From Akkermansiaceae bacterium (lineage in GTDB: Bacteria > Verrucomicrobiota > Verrucomicrobiia > Verrucomicrobiales > Akkermansiaceae): 64,000 bases of DNA. Location: the NCBI GenBank assembly GCA_051251915.1, contig JBPOGF010000009.1, forward strand, positions 32,001 through 96,000, in the 5' to 3' direction. The translations under genes were made by a program, and so were the position numbers. The notes below the pieces were generated by a model. It ran no database searches. It was not told the DNA's origin and worked only from the letters and a program-made list of their open reading frames with translations. The stretch's first letter is position 1. Every line of letters starts with the position of its first letter. Below, piece after piece: positions 9,337 through 19,303 of this stretch.

Positions 9337-11232
9337 CTACTCCCCCGGCGTCAACGCTATCCCCGTCACCTTCGAGTTCTTACGAGTCACCCCCTTCACA
9401 CTCGGATAACTCACCAAAAACTCATTCTCATCAATCAGATTCACAAAATAATGAGTCGTCCCTTTAGGTAAATCCACCGAGAAGCTCCCCCCATCCACCT
9501 TACCCACAGGCGCACGAAACCACTCCTCAGCCTTCTCACCCCCATTCAAAGTATAAATGAGATAAGCCAACTTCACCTTAGCCCCATTCTCTTTAAACTG
9601 AACACTCACAGCCCCACCCTTCTCATCCACACTAACCACAGTCGGAATCTTATCCTTGTTAGCTAAATCCCCCTTATAGTACGGATTAAAACTAGGATAA
9701 CTCGCATCCATCTCAGTAAGCATCCCCGTCAACCTCTGATCCATCTGCTTCACCTTCTCCGGCATCTCCTTAGCCAAGTTCTTCCCCTCCTCTATATCCA
9801 CTCTCCCATCCTTCTCATCATAAAGCTGAAACAACTCCAACGCCGGATCCTTACCCTTACCAACATGATCATAATTCCGAATCAACTTATACCCACCCTC
9901 AATAATCGTACTCTCAAAATCTGCATTATGCGGAAAATGCCACACCATCACATCGCGCACCTCCCCATCAGAACCCTTCACCAGTGAACCATCCGTAGCA
10001 TCACCCATCAACAAAGGCACAAGATCACAACCATCAAGCCCCTTATCCTCCGGAAGCTTACCTCCAGCAAGAGAAACAAATGTCGGATAGAAATCCAACC
10101 CATTCACCATCACATTACTCTCAACACCCGCCTTAATCTTAGGCCCCACAATCAACAAAGGAACCCTCGTCCCCCCCTCCTTCGCAGAAGTCTTCCCCAG
10201 ATCCAACGGCGCATTATCCGTGTAACCCACAACACCACCATTATCAGAAGTAAAAACAATATACGTATTCTCACTCAACATATGCCCAGGCCAGCGTGGA
10301 TCCTCAGTCTCCTCAACATAAGAAATCACCTGCCCCAAATAATAATCCAACGACTCAACCATCGCCCCATAATAAGGATTCTTCTGCCCCCCACCCTTAA
10401 TCTTCTTCCCAAACATATCCTCCGGCTTCCCCCCCATCCTCTCCGCATACTTCTTCAGCAACCTCTCATTACGAGTCACAATCGGGCTATGAACCAACCA
10501 AGTACAATAATACAAGAAAAACGGCTCCCCCTTACTCTCACGGATAAAATCTAAAGCATCCTCATTATTCTGGTGATACGGAAATCCATTCTCATCCAAC
10601 CGATAAGGATCCTTCTCACCCTTAGTAGCAAACCCCTCCAAAGGCTTATCCAGCCCCCTACCACTATGCGCCCCACGCGTAGACCTCGTAAAATCAAACC
10701 CCACATCACCCGGCTGCGGAAACGCATGATGATCAATCGCAATATGCCACTTCCCAGCATGACCAGTCACATAACCATTCGCCTTCATCGCCCTCGCCAA
10801 AGTAAACGTATCCTCCGGCATCCGACCACTAAACCAAGGATCCATCATCACAGACCGCTCCGTACTCGCATAAGGAGGACGCCCACCCAGCACATGCGTC
10901 TTCTGCGCCCTAGCAGGATGATTCCCACTAATTATCGCACACCGCGACGGCGAACAAGAAGGCGCCGGCGAATAAGCCTGCCAAAACATCACCCCCTTCT
11001 TAGCAAAAGCATCCAAATAAGGAGTATCATAAGCAGAAGCCTCATCCACATCATAACACTTCACATCCTGCCACCCCAAATCATCCACCAAAATCAAAAT
11101 AACATTCGGCTTCTCAGGCCTATCCGCACCAGACTCATCACCCCTAACCACTCCCCCACAAAACAACACACAAGCCCCCAAACAAGAACCAACCAAACCA
11201 TTCATCAAAGTCTTCATCATACCAAATACCAT
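9337..11232 (-). CDS. Sulfatase
   Basis: KPNVILILVDDLGW, SCSPSRCAIISG, GKWH, FTSDNGG. Confidence 0.9.
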   Translation of the reverse strand: MVFGMMKTLMNGLVGSCLGACVLFCGGVVRGDESGADRPEKPNVILILVDDLGWQDVKCYDVDEASAYDTPYLDAFAKKGVMFWQAYSPAPSCSPSRCAIISGNHPARAQKTHVLGGRPPYASTERSVMMDPWFSGRMPEDTFTLARAMKANGYVTGHAGKWHIAIDHHAFPQPGDVGFDFTRSTRGAHSGRGLDKPLEGFATKGEKDPYRLDENGFPYHQNNEDALDFIRESKGEPFFLYYCTWLVHSPIVTRNERLLKKYAERMGGKPEDMFGKKIKGGGQKNPYYGAMVESLDYYLGQVISYVEETEDPRWPGHMLSENTYIVFTSDNGGVVGYTDNAPLDLGKTSAKEGGTRVPLLIVGPKIKAGVESNVMVNGLDFYPTFVSLAGGKLPEDKGLDGCDLVPLLMGDATDGSLVKGSDGEVRDVMVWHFPHNADFESTIIEGGYKLIRNYDHVGKGKDPALELFQLYDEKDGRVDIEEGKNLAKEMPEKVKQMDQRLTGMLTEMDASYPSFNPYYKGDLANKDKIPTVVSVDEKGGAVSVQFKENGAKVKLAYLIYTLNGGEKAEEWFRAPVGKVDGGSFSVDLPKGTTHYFVNLIDENEFLVSYPSVKGVTRKNSKVTGIALTPGE

Positions 11233-11346
11233 CCCACACCCAACTCCCCTTGACTAGAAAATAAACTATTTACTCATCCCTATTCACTTCAGCACCACGC
11301 TAGTCAATTTCATTGGTTTAGTGGTACTTATGTTTCATAAATTATA

Positions 11347-11643
11347 TCAAACCGACATCATTGTATCTACAGATTTCGAGTTCTCTACTAAAAACAAGCA
11401 ACCAACAGCCAATATGATGTTTAGGAATAGAACTGTTAACCCTATCTTCTTTCTAGCTGTTGGCAGAATCAATAAAAGTAGAGAAATTGGAGATATGAGG
11501 AAGACAGCTAGGATCGACCAGAAATAAAGAAGAACAGCTAAGGGCCACAGCGAAGTAAATAAGTAATCAATGCTTAAAAAGCCTAGTATACTAAAGCCAG
11601 AACAGCATCCAGTAACGATTAAAACCTTGCGAGTCATTCTCAT
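11347..11643 (-). CDS. Small hypothetical membrane protein (about 3 TM)
   Basis: 98-aa hydrophobic AT-rich ORF. Confidence 0.45.
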   Translation of the reverse strand: MRMTRKVLIVTGCCSGFSILGFLSIDYLFTSLWPLAVLLYFWSILAVFLISPISLLLLILPTARKKIGLTVLFLNIILAVGCLFLVENSKSVDTMMSV

Positions 11644-12006
11644 CTAAAGAGGGAATATCTAACAGTTAATTCGAAATATTGTCGCATTTTTTTAGACCTC
11701 TATTCTACAGATAAATTTCATTTTCGGCTCCTTACTAGCTCATTTTCTCAGCATCCCATAGTAAGAATCCTTCTTATGACGACATAACACCGTAATACGT
11801 GGTCTTCAAAGCTTAATCTCAAAGATGAACTGATAAGGAAAGGCCTTAAAGTAAGCTCTACGATGACACCCATCTATAAAACGGAAATAATCGGAGTCAC
11901 TAGCTAACGTTACTACTTGCTTGCTCACCTAAAACTACCGTCATCCACAAAAAATAATCTACTTGAAAAAAGACAAATCTAACATACACTAACGGTCAAT
12001 CTTAAC

Positions 12007-12489
12007 ATGAAGCTCTTCGGGAACATAGTTTGCTCTATTGCCATCCTCACTCAGATCATCCTGAGCGCAGGGCTTCTCTCCCATGCCCCAGACTGCAACT
12101 CCATCCAGCCCTCATCGGATACAGACACAGTCTCTGACCTCAACTCTCATCACTGCGGATGCGACCATGACCACGTAGCTGAAGTCACCACCTCAGAAAC
12201 CAACGCACTCTGCAACGCCACCCCACCACTCCCCTTACACGACTGCACCTGCAGCCCACAAAAAACTTCACCCTACCTTTTGAACGATCAAATTGTAGAC
12301 ACTAAATCGAAGCACCAACTCATCGAAAACGGAGCACTCGCATCCACTCACGTTGACCTCTCACAGTTTTCCCTCCTCCTCGCAAAGGCAAACCAAAGTA
12401 ACGCCCCTCCATTGGCGCGTGAGATCGTTTACCTTCCGCAGCATCATGCTCGCTTTACGTCTATCTACCTAGGCGTATTCACTATTTAA
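12007..12489 (+). CDS. His/Cys-rich leader protein upstream of the czc operon (DUF2946-like architecture)
   Basis: N-terminal hydrophobic segment, HHCGCDHDH, HDCTC, C-terminal NAPP. Confidence 0.6.
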   Translation: MKLFGNIVCSIAILTQIILSAGLLSHAPDCNSIQPSSDTDTVSDLNSHHCGCDHDHVAEVTTSETNALCNATPPLPLHDCTCSPQKTSPYLLNDQIVDTKSKHQLIENGALASTHVDLSQFSLLLAKANQSNAPPLAREIVYLPQHHARFTSIYLGVFTI

Positions 12490-12637
12490 TTCCCCCTTTC
12501 CGCTAGACCACTTGACGCGTCTAGCTCCCCATTTTTCCCTGCGCTCACCTATCTGAGCGTCTAGGCATCCTTTTTCCCGAGCATACTCAGCACACCTATT
12601 TTCCAAATTTTCACATGAAATCACTACCAACGTACTC

Positions 12638-13960
12638 ATGAAATCTCATAAACAACTCATCATCACCGCCTGCACAATTGGCACCACAGTCATCTTTTCA
12701 TCATGCGCTCAACTAGAGAAAAAACGCATCGTCATCACAGATCAAACAGACCTCCCCACCTTCTCCACCAAGCTCGGTTCTACAAACCACAGCAGCGCCC
12801 TAAACATCCGCTCACTCGCCACCAGAGTCTCTAACAACAACCCCCAACTCCGCGCCGCAAAGCTCAAAATAAACGAAGCCTCCGCTAAACTCAGCCAAGC
12901 AGGCAGACGCGCCAACCCCACCCTCGGAATCGGCGTCAGCAAGTCCGTCCCCGGTTCAGAAGGCGGACTAGAGGTAAGTTTTTCCCAGCGCTTCCCCATC
13001 ACCAACAAACTCAGCCTAGAAAAACGCGTCTCCGCAGACCAGCTCCTCATCGCCGAAGAAGAAATCAAAATCGCCGAGCAACAACTCATCACCGCAGCCC
13101 AACTCATAGCCGTAGAAATACTAGAACTCCGCATCCAGTCCACTCACATCGACAAACAAATCTCCTCACTCCAAACCATCACCACATTCATCGATGACGC
13201 CGCCGCCCTCGGCGAACTCTCACCACTAGATGCCGCCCAGACCAAAATGGAAATCCAAACCCTCAAGGTCAAGAAATCACAACTCACCAGCGAAGTAAAC
13301 CTCCTCACCACAAGGCTAAAACAATACATCGGCCTACCTGCCACCAAACCCCTCACCCTCTCCGGCTCACTCCCACCACTCAACATCCCATCCCAGTCGC
13401 TATCCCTCTCTAACAGAGCAGACTTCCGCTCCAAATCACTAGAATTCCAACACTCCAAAAGCAACATCCTCCTAGAAAAATCAAAACGTTACGACGACGT
13501 AGAAATCTCCGTCCTAGGCGGCCTCGGCAGAGAAGAAGACGCCCCAGACGGGCTAGAAACTGAAGGAACCATCGGCATGGGCCTAACCATCCCACTCCCC
13601 TTCTACGACAAGAACGAAGGCAACATCCAAGCCGCCACCGCCAAGGCTCAGCGCAACGTCCTAGAACGCAGCGCCCTCGCCTCAGAGATCCGACTCCAAG
13701 TAGCCACCCACAAACAAGAAATGCAAACCTGGCTCGCCCAAAACGCATCAGTCAAAGACAACCTCCTCCCCCTAGCCCTGAAAAATTCAGCCGACCTAGA
13801 GACCGCCTACAAAAACGGCCAAGGAGACTTCACCAGCTTCCTCAAGTCAAAAAACCAAGAGCTAGATCTCCAAAACTCACTCATCCAAAACAACCTCAAA
13901 TTCCACCAAGCCCGAGTCAAATACTTCGCCGCCCTAGGAAAATCAAACTCAGCTTTCTAA
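12638..13960 (+). CDS. czcC: TolC-family outer membrane efflux protein (CzcC-like)
   Basis: Lipobox FSSC, NNPQLRAA, IPLPFYDKNEGNI, YKNGQGDF. Confidence 0.8.
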   Translation: MKSHKQLIITACTIGTTVIFSSCAQLEKKRIVITDQTDLPTFSTKLGSTNHSSALNIRSLATRVSNNNPQLRAAKLKINEASAKLSQAGRRANPTLGIGVSKSVPGSEGGLEVSFSQRFPITNKLSLEKRVSADQLLIAEEEIKIAEQQLITAAQLIAVEILELRIQSTHIDKQISSLQTITTFIDDAAALGELSPLDAAQTKMEIQTLKVKKSQLTSEVNLLTTRLKQYIGLPATKPLTLSGSLPPLNIPSQSLSLSNRADFRSKSLEFQHSKSNILLEKSKRYDDVEISVLGGLGREEDAPDGLETEGTIGMGLTIPLPFYDKNEGNIQAATAKAQRNVLERSALASEIRLQVATHKQEMQTWLAQNASVKDNLLPLALKNSADLETAYKNGQGDFTSFLKSKNQELDLQNSLIQNNLKFHQARVKYFAALGKSNSAF

Positions 13961-13981
13961 AACAAAAGCGCCAACCACCAC

Positions 13982-14009
13982 ATTCCCAATTCCTAATTCC
14001 CAATTTACC
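13982..14009. repeat. Intergenic heptamer tandem repeat
   Basis: ATTCCCA ATTCCTA ATTCCCA ATTTACC. Confidence 0.5.
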
Positions 14010-15155
14010 ATGAAACTAATCACCACCATCATAGCGCTCATCACCAGCACCCTCATCCTCACCGCCCAGCACGGAGAAATAGACCCAAACACAGTCCTGC
14101 TAGACCTCATGCAGAATAAAAACGCCGGCATCAAAACCACCGCCCCCACCATCTCCACCTTCCAAACCACACTCTTCTGCATCGGCCGCATCGAGGCCAT
14201 CCCAAGAAACCGCACCGTCGTCTCATCACGCATCGCAGGCAGAGTCATCTCTCAGCCACCCGTCGTAGGTGACCAGATCGAAGCAGGTGACATCGTCCTC
14301 CAAGTAGAATCCCGCCAGCCAGGCTCCCCACCACCCGTCATCCCCGTAAAAGCCAGCGCATCAGGCACCGTCTTCGAAAGCCACGTCAACCTCGGCGAGC
14401 CAGTCGACCCCTCAGAAGAACTCATGGACATCATCGACATCCGCCAAGTCTGGGCAGTCGCTAACATCCCAGAAAGCAAAGCCGCCAGCGTCAAAATAGG
14501 TCAGAAAGCCATCATCAAAGTCGTCTCACTAGGCAACGAAACCTTCGAAGGAACACTCATCCGTTTCGGCACCCAAGCAGACGCCGGCACCGGCACCGTC
14601 AAAGCCATCTTCCTCCTAGACAACCCAGATAGAAAACTCCGCCCCAACATGCTCACAGAATTCAACATCGTCACCAGCACCAGAGAAAAAGTCTTCACCG
14701 TCCCAAACTCCGCAGTCCAAGGAGACAAACTCAACGCCCACCTCTTCAAAATGAACTACGGCCTCACCACCAAAACCTCAAAAGCCTACACCAAAGTCCC
14801 CGTAGTCATCGGTGAAGTAAACGACCGCGTCACAGAAGTCATCCTCCAGAACAAAGAACTCAACGTCGTCGACGAAGTCGTCATCTCCGGAGGCTACTTC
14901 CTCACCCACACCAGCAGCACAGACAAAGGCTCCCTCAAAGAAGCCCTAGACGCAGCACACGGACACGAACACAACGAAGACGGATCAGAAATGTCCGCAG
15001 CCGACAAAGCCGCAGCCGCCCAGAAAAAATCTAACAATCACGGAGAAACCACCACACCAGCCAACCCCACCCTAACCACCCTCCTAATAGCCGGAAACAT
15101 CATCCTAACCCTCCTCCTCATCTTCACCATCTTCAAGAAAAAGGACATCGCCTAA
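14010..15155 (+). CDS. czcB: RND membrane fusion protein (CzcB-like) with His-rich tail and C-terminal TM helix
   Basis: VSSRIAGRV, VKASASGTV, NPDRKLRPNM, AHGHEH. Confidence 0.8.
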   Translation: MKLITTIIALITSTLILTAQHGEIDPNTVLLDLMQNKNAGIKTTAPTISTFQTTLFCIGRIEAIPRNRTVVSSRIAGRVISQPPVVGDQIEAGDIVLQVESRQPGSPPPVIPVKASASGTVFESHVNLGEPVDPSEELMDIIDIRQVWAVANIPESKAASVKIGQKAIIKVVSLGNETFEGTLIRFGTQADAGTGTVKAIFLLDNPDRKLRPNMLTEFNIVTSTREKVFTVPNSAVQGDKLNAHLFKMNYGLTTKTSKAYTKVPVVIGEVNDRVTEVILQNKELNVVDEVVISGGYFLTHTSSTDKGSLKEALDAAHGHEHNEDGSEMSAADKAAAAQKKSNNHGETTTPANPTLTTLLIAGNIILTLLLIFTIFKKKDIA

Positions 15156-15217
15156 TACCAAAACCCACCCCACACAACCATTCCATCTTATAACACCAAC
15201 GCTTCATCGTCCACCAC

Positions 15218-15245
15218 CATTGTCCATTGACCAATGACCATTGAC
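15218..15245. repeat. Intergenic heptamer tandem repeat
   Basis: CATTGTC CATTGAC CAATGAC CATTGAC. Confidence 0.55.
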
Positions 15246-15266
15246 GTAAGCAAAGCTTACAAACCT

Positions 15267-18200
15267 ATGCTAGACTTCTTCATCAAAAAATCCCTCCACA
15301 ACCGCCTACTAGTGCTCACCGTCGCACTATCCGTCATGGCCTGGGGTGCCTACCAGCTCACCCAGCTCCCAGTAGAAGTCCTCCCAGACCTCACCAAACC
15401 CCGCGTCACCATCATGACCGAGGTCCCAGGAAAGGCCCCAGAAGAAGTAGAAAACCAAGTCACCATCCCGCTCGAACGAGCCGTCAACGGCATCCAAGGA
15501 GTCACCCGCATTCAGTCCACCACAGACGTAGGACTCTCGCTCATCTTCGTGGAATTCGACTGGGGAACAGACATTTACCAAGCCCGCCAATTCGTCCAAG
15601 AACGCATCCGCACCGTCAACCTAGAAAAGGGAGTCGATCCCTACCTCACCCCCGTAGCATCCCTCATGGGAGAAGTTATGCTCATCGGCGTCACCTCACC
15701 AGACAGCACCGTTTCGCCACCGGATCTACGCACCTTCACCGACTGGGAACTCACCAAGCGCATCCAGAAAATCTCCGGCGTAGCCGAGTCCCTCTCCATG
15801 GGCGGAGGCATCCAGCAGATCCAGATCCAGCCACTCCCAGAGAAAATGCTAGCCTACGGCATCTCTGCAAACGAGATCAACGCAGCCGCCAAACAAGCAG
15901 CCAGCACCACCACCGGAGGCTACATCACCTCCAGATCACAAGAACAAATGATCCGCGTCCTCGCCATGACCACCGACCTCAGCGAGATCAAAAAAACCGT
16001 CGTCAAAAAAGTCCACGACCGCACCTACACCCTAGCAGACGTCGCCAACGTCACCTGGGGCATAGAACCACAGCGCGGTGAAGCAGGAGTAAATGCACAC
16101 CCAGGCGTCGTCCTCAGCATCGTCAAATCCCCAGGAATCGACACCAGAAAACTTACCTCTGAGATAGAAACAGCCATGGCAGAAATGTCTGAGCAGCTCA
16201 AACTAGAAGGCCGTGACATCCAGCTCACCCCCCTCTTCCGCCAAGCCAGCTTTATCGATGCCGCCATGCACAACCTAGAAGAAGCCATCCTCGACGGCGG
16301 CCTCTGGGTCATCGCCGTCCTCTGCATATTCCTCTTCAGCATCCGCGCCCCCCTCGCCTCACTCCTCACCACCCTCATCACCCTAACAGCCATCCCACTC
16401 TCCTTCGCCGTCACCATCATCATCTTCACCCTCATGGACATCAGCGTAAACTCCATGACCCTCGGCGGCCTCGCAGTAGCCATCGGAATCGTAGTCGATG
16501 ACGCCATCGTAGACGTAGAAAACGTCCTCCGCAGACTCAAAGAAAACGCCTCTAAAGAAAGAGCCAACCGTAAACCTCGTCTTGAGGTTATAGCCAAAGC
16601 ATCTGGCGAAGTCAGAAACTCCATCCTCTACGCCACCATCTTCATCATCCTCGTCTTCGTCCCCCTCCTAGCCCTCTCAGGCGTAGCCGGAAGACTATTC
16701 ACCCCCATCGCCATCGCCACCATCACCAGCATGATCGCCTCCTTCGTAGTCTCCCTAACAGTCATCCCAGTCCTCTGCTCCATCTTCCTCAGACCACGAG
16801 AAAACGTGGAACATAAAGACGGCATCATCATCGGATCACTCAAGAAAGTGTTAGAGCTCACCTTCATGAAAGCCGCCCTCCGCGTCCCCACCCTCACCAT
16901 CGCACTCGGCCTCATCCTCCTCACCTTCTGCGTGATGAAATTTAACGCCATGCCAAAGGAATTCCTCCCTAACTTCAAAGAAGAAACCCTCATCGTAGCC
17001 ATGACCACCGCCCCAGGAACATCCCTCTCCACCACCCACGAACTCGCCCTCATGGTAGACAAAATCATCCTCTCAGTAGATGGAGTAAAAACAGTCGGAC
17101 ACCGTGCAGGAAGAGCCGAACGCGGTGACCACGTCGTCCCAGTCTCCACCGTAGAATTCGACATCGAACTCGATGAAGACAACAAACGAGGACGAAACCA
17201 AATCGAAAAAGAACTCGGAGACAAAATGAGACAAGTCCCCGGCACATTTGCTGCCATCAGCGGTCCACTCACAGACCGCATGGGACACATGCTCTCCGGA
17301 GTCCCCGCAAAAGTTGCCATCAAGATCTCCGGCAGAGACATGAATGAACTCAGCACCATCGGCAACCAAATCCAAGCCCTCTGCAAACAAATCCCCGGCC
17401 TAGAAGAAGCCCGCATGGATCAGCAAGCCCAGATCTCACAACTCCAGATCATATTCGACCGCTCACGCGGAGAAGTCTACGGCATCAACGCCAAATCATT
17501 TAACGACCAAATCCACAACCTACTCAACGGAGAATACCTCCTAGAACTCACCAAAGAAGAACGCACCATCAACCTCGTCTCCAGACTAGCCGAAGAAACC
17601 CGCCAGTCCCTAAAGAAAATGAAAAACCTCTACCTAGAAACCAACAGCGGCGGACAAATCCAGCTCTACCAAGTAGCCAACATCATCCAAGCCAAAGGCC
17701 CCAACGTCATCAAACGAGAACAAGGCGAACGCATCTTCGTAGTCAGCGTCAACCCCACCGTGCGAGACCTCCCACGCGTCGTCGGCCAGCTAGACCGCCG
17801 CATCCAAGAAGAGTTCCCCATCAGAAAACACATGATCAGCATCGAAGGAGAATACATCGCCCAGCAAGAAGCCGCCCAGAAGATCACCATCTGGTCCATC
17901 ATCATCCTCCTCGTAGTCACCGTCCTACTCTTCAGCTACTTCGGCTCCATGAACTTCGCCCTCCAAGTCATCACAGACATCCCCCTCTCACTCATGGGCG
18001 CCGTCCTCCTCACATCATACATGGACGTCCCCATCTCCATCGCCTCCCTCGTAGGCTTCATCGCAGTCGCCGGCATCTCCGCCAGAAACTCCATCATGCT
18101 CATCTCCCACTACATCATGCTCATGAAAGACGAAGGCATCCCATTCGGCAAAAAGCTCATCATCCAAGGCACCCAAGAACGCCTCCTCCCCGTCCTCATG

Positions 18201-18407
18201 ACCGCCTTCTCCGCCGGCCTAGCTCTCATCCCACTCGTCCTCGCTCAAGGAGAATCTGGAAAAGAAATCCTCAGCCCAGTAGCCATAGCCATCACCGGAG
18301 GCCTCATCTCAAGCACCATTCTCGGCCTCGCGATCACCCCCGCCGTATTCTATCTCTTCGGAAGAAAAGCCTGCCACCGCGCACTCAAAAGAAAACTCAA
18401 TCTCTAA
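15267..18407 (+). CDS. czcA: Heavy-metal RND permease (CzcA/CusA family)
   Basis: LPVEVLPDL, TLGGLAVAIGIVVDDAIVDVENV, ERLLPVLMTA; start placed at MLDFF. Confidence 0.9.
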   Translation: MLDFFIKKSLHNRLLVLTVALSVMAWGAYQLTQLPVEVLPDLTKPRVTIMTEVPGKAPEEVENQVTIPLERAVNGIQGVTRIQSTTDVGLSLIFVEFDWGTDIYQARQFVQERIRTVNLEKGVDPYLTPVASLMGEVMLIGVTSPDSTVSPPDLRTFTDWELTKRIQKISGVAESLSMGGGIQQIQIQPLPEKMLAYGISANEINAAAKQAASTTTGGYITSRSQEQMIRVLAMTTDLSEIKKTVVKKVHDRTYTLADVANVTWGIEPQRGEAGVNAHPGVVLSIVKSPGIDTRKLTSEIETAMAEMSEQLKLEGRDIQLTPLFRQASFIDAAMHNLEEAILDGGLWVIAVLCIFLFSIRAPLASLLTTLITLTAIPLSFAVTIIIFTLMDISVNSMTLGGLAVAIGIVVDDAIVDVENVLRRLKENASKERANRKPRLEVIAKASGEVRNSILYATIFIILVFVPLLALSGVAGRLFTPIAIATITSMIASFVVSLTVIPVLCSIFLRPRENVEHKDGIIIGSLKKVLELTFMKAALRVPTLTIALGLILLTFCVMKFNAMPKEFLPNFKEETLIVAMTTAPGTSLSTTHELALMVDKIILSVDGVKTVGHRAGRAERGDHVVPVSTVEFDIELDEDNKRGRNQIEKELGDKMRQVPGTFAAISGPLTDRMGHMLSGVPAKVAIKISGRDMNELSTIGNQIQALCKQIPGLEEARMDQQAQISQLQIIFDRSRGEVYGINAKSFNDQIHNLLNGEYLLELTKEERTINLVSRLAEETRQSLKKMKNLYLETNSGGQIQLYQVANIIQAKGPNVIKREQGERIFVVSVNPTVRDLPRVVGQLDRRIQEEFPIRKHMISIEGEYIAQQEAAQKITIWSIIILLVVTVLLFSYFGSMNFALQVITDIPLSLMGAVLLTSYMDVPISIASLVGFIAVAGISARNSIMLISHYIMLMKDEGIPFGKKLIIQGTQERLLPVLMTAFSAGLALIPLVLAQGESGKEILSPVAIAITGGLISSTILGLAITPAVFYLFGRKACHRALKRKLNL

Positions 18408-18449
18408 CCAAAAACAACAAACAACCAAACAAATAGATAAACAAAAAAT

Positions 18450-19064
18450 ATGAAACTAACAAACATACTAAAAATAACAGCCATCGGACTCACCACCCTC
18501 ATCGCATCATGCGGAGACAAAAAAGACGACCACGCAGGTCACAACCACGCTCTAGGCGAACACGATGACCACGCAGGACACGACCACGCCCCAGGTGAAC
18601 ACGATGACCACGACCACGCAGGCCACGATCACGGCGACCCCACCCAAGACCACACCAACTGCTCAGTAGTTGTAGGACCCAACGGCGGACGCATGATCGA
18701 AGACCACGCAGAGCTAAACCTCACCGATCAAGGCGAACTCACACTAGTCTTCGTCAAAGCACCAGCTGAAGGAACCCAAGTAGCACTACTCCTCGACTCT
18801 CAGCCACTAGAACTCACCCAAGATGGCAACACCTACACCTCAACAACTATAGCGGACAAACTCCCAGCAGAAGTCCACGTCAGCATCAAAAGCGCAGACG
18901 ACAAACACGTTGAAGTCATCAAAGTAGAAGCTGGCGAATGCACCAAATGCAACAACGCCAAACTTGCCTGCACCTGCAACAACCACGCCCATGACGAAGA
19001 AGGTCACGAAGGCCACGATCACGGTACAGATAGCCATGACGACCACGAAGGCCACGACCACTAA
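18450..19064 (+). CDS. His-rich metal-binding lipoprotein
   Basis: Lipobox IASC, DHAGHDH repeats, GPNGGR, CTKC...CTC. Confidence 0.75.
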   Translation: MKLTNILKITAIGLTTLIASCGDKKDDHAGHNHALGEHDDHAGHDHAPGEHDDHDHAGHDHGDPTQDHTNCSVVVGPNGGRMIEDHAELNLTDQGELTLVFVKAPAEGTQVALLLDSQPLELTQDGNTYTSTTIADKLPAEVHVSIKSADDKHVEVIKVEAGECTKCNNAKLACTCNNHAHDEEGHEGHDHGTDSHDDHEGHDH

Positions 19065-19084
19065 TCCCCACTAGCAGCACTAAT

Positions 19085-19120
19085 AAACCCACACCCTGTT
19101 CCAGCAGCGTGTGGGTTTTT
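19085..19120 (+). terminator. Intrinsic terminator of the czc operon
   Basis: AAACCCACAC...GTGTGGGTTTTT. Confidence 0.75.
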
Positions 19121-19303
19121 CATTTCCTTACCTCCCACAAAGAGGCTCAAGATCACATATCTAACAAATCCGACAGAACCTTTTTCGAAGTAGTATTATA
19201 TCATGTTTTACTTCTTGCCGTATTGGCATTTTGCTTCACCATGTAAGATCTCTACTTAACATATTTATAATAAGTATAAACCCACACGCTATAAACCCAC
19301 ACC

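Noticed and set aside
3126..11253. Many His/Pro/Thr-rich plus-strand ORFs opposite real genes (also at 43-47 kb and 54-57 kb)
   Set aside because: Artefacts of the C/A strand bias, which depletes stop codons
11650..11950. AT-rich gap upstream of a small membrane ORF, considered as a toxin-immunity remnant
   Set aside because: No recognisable reading frame or motif
19275..19302. Direct repeat TATAAACCCACAC x2 before ORF 19304
   Set aside because: Low-complexity C/A sequence in a biased region
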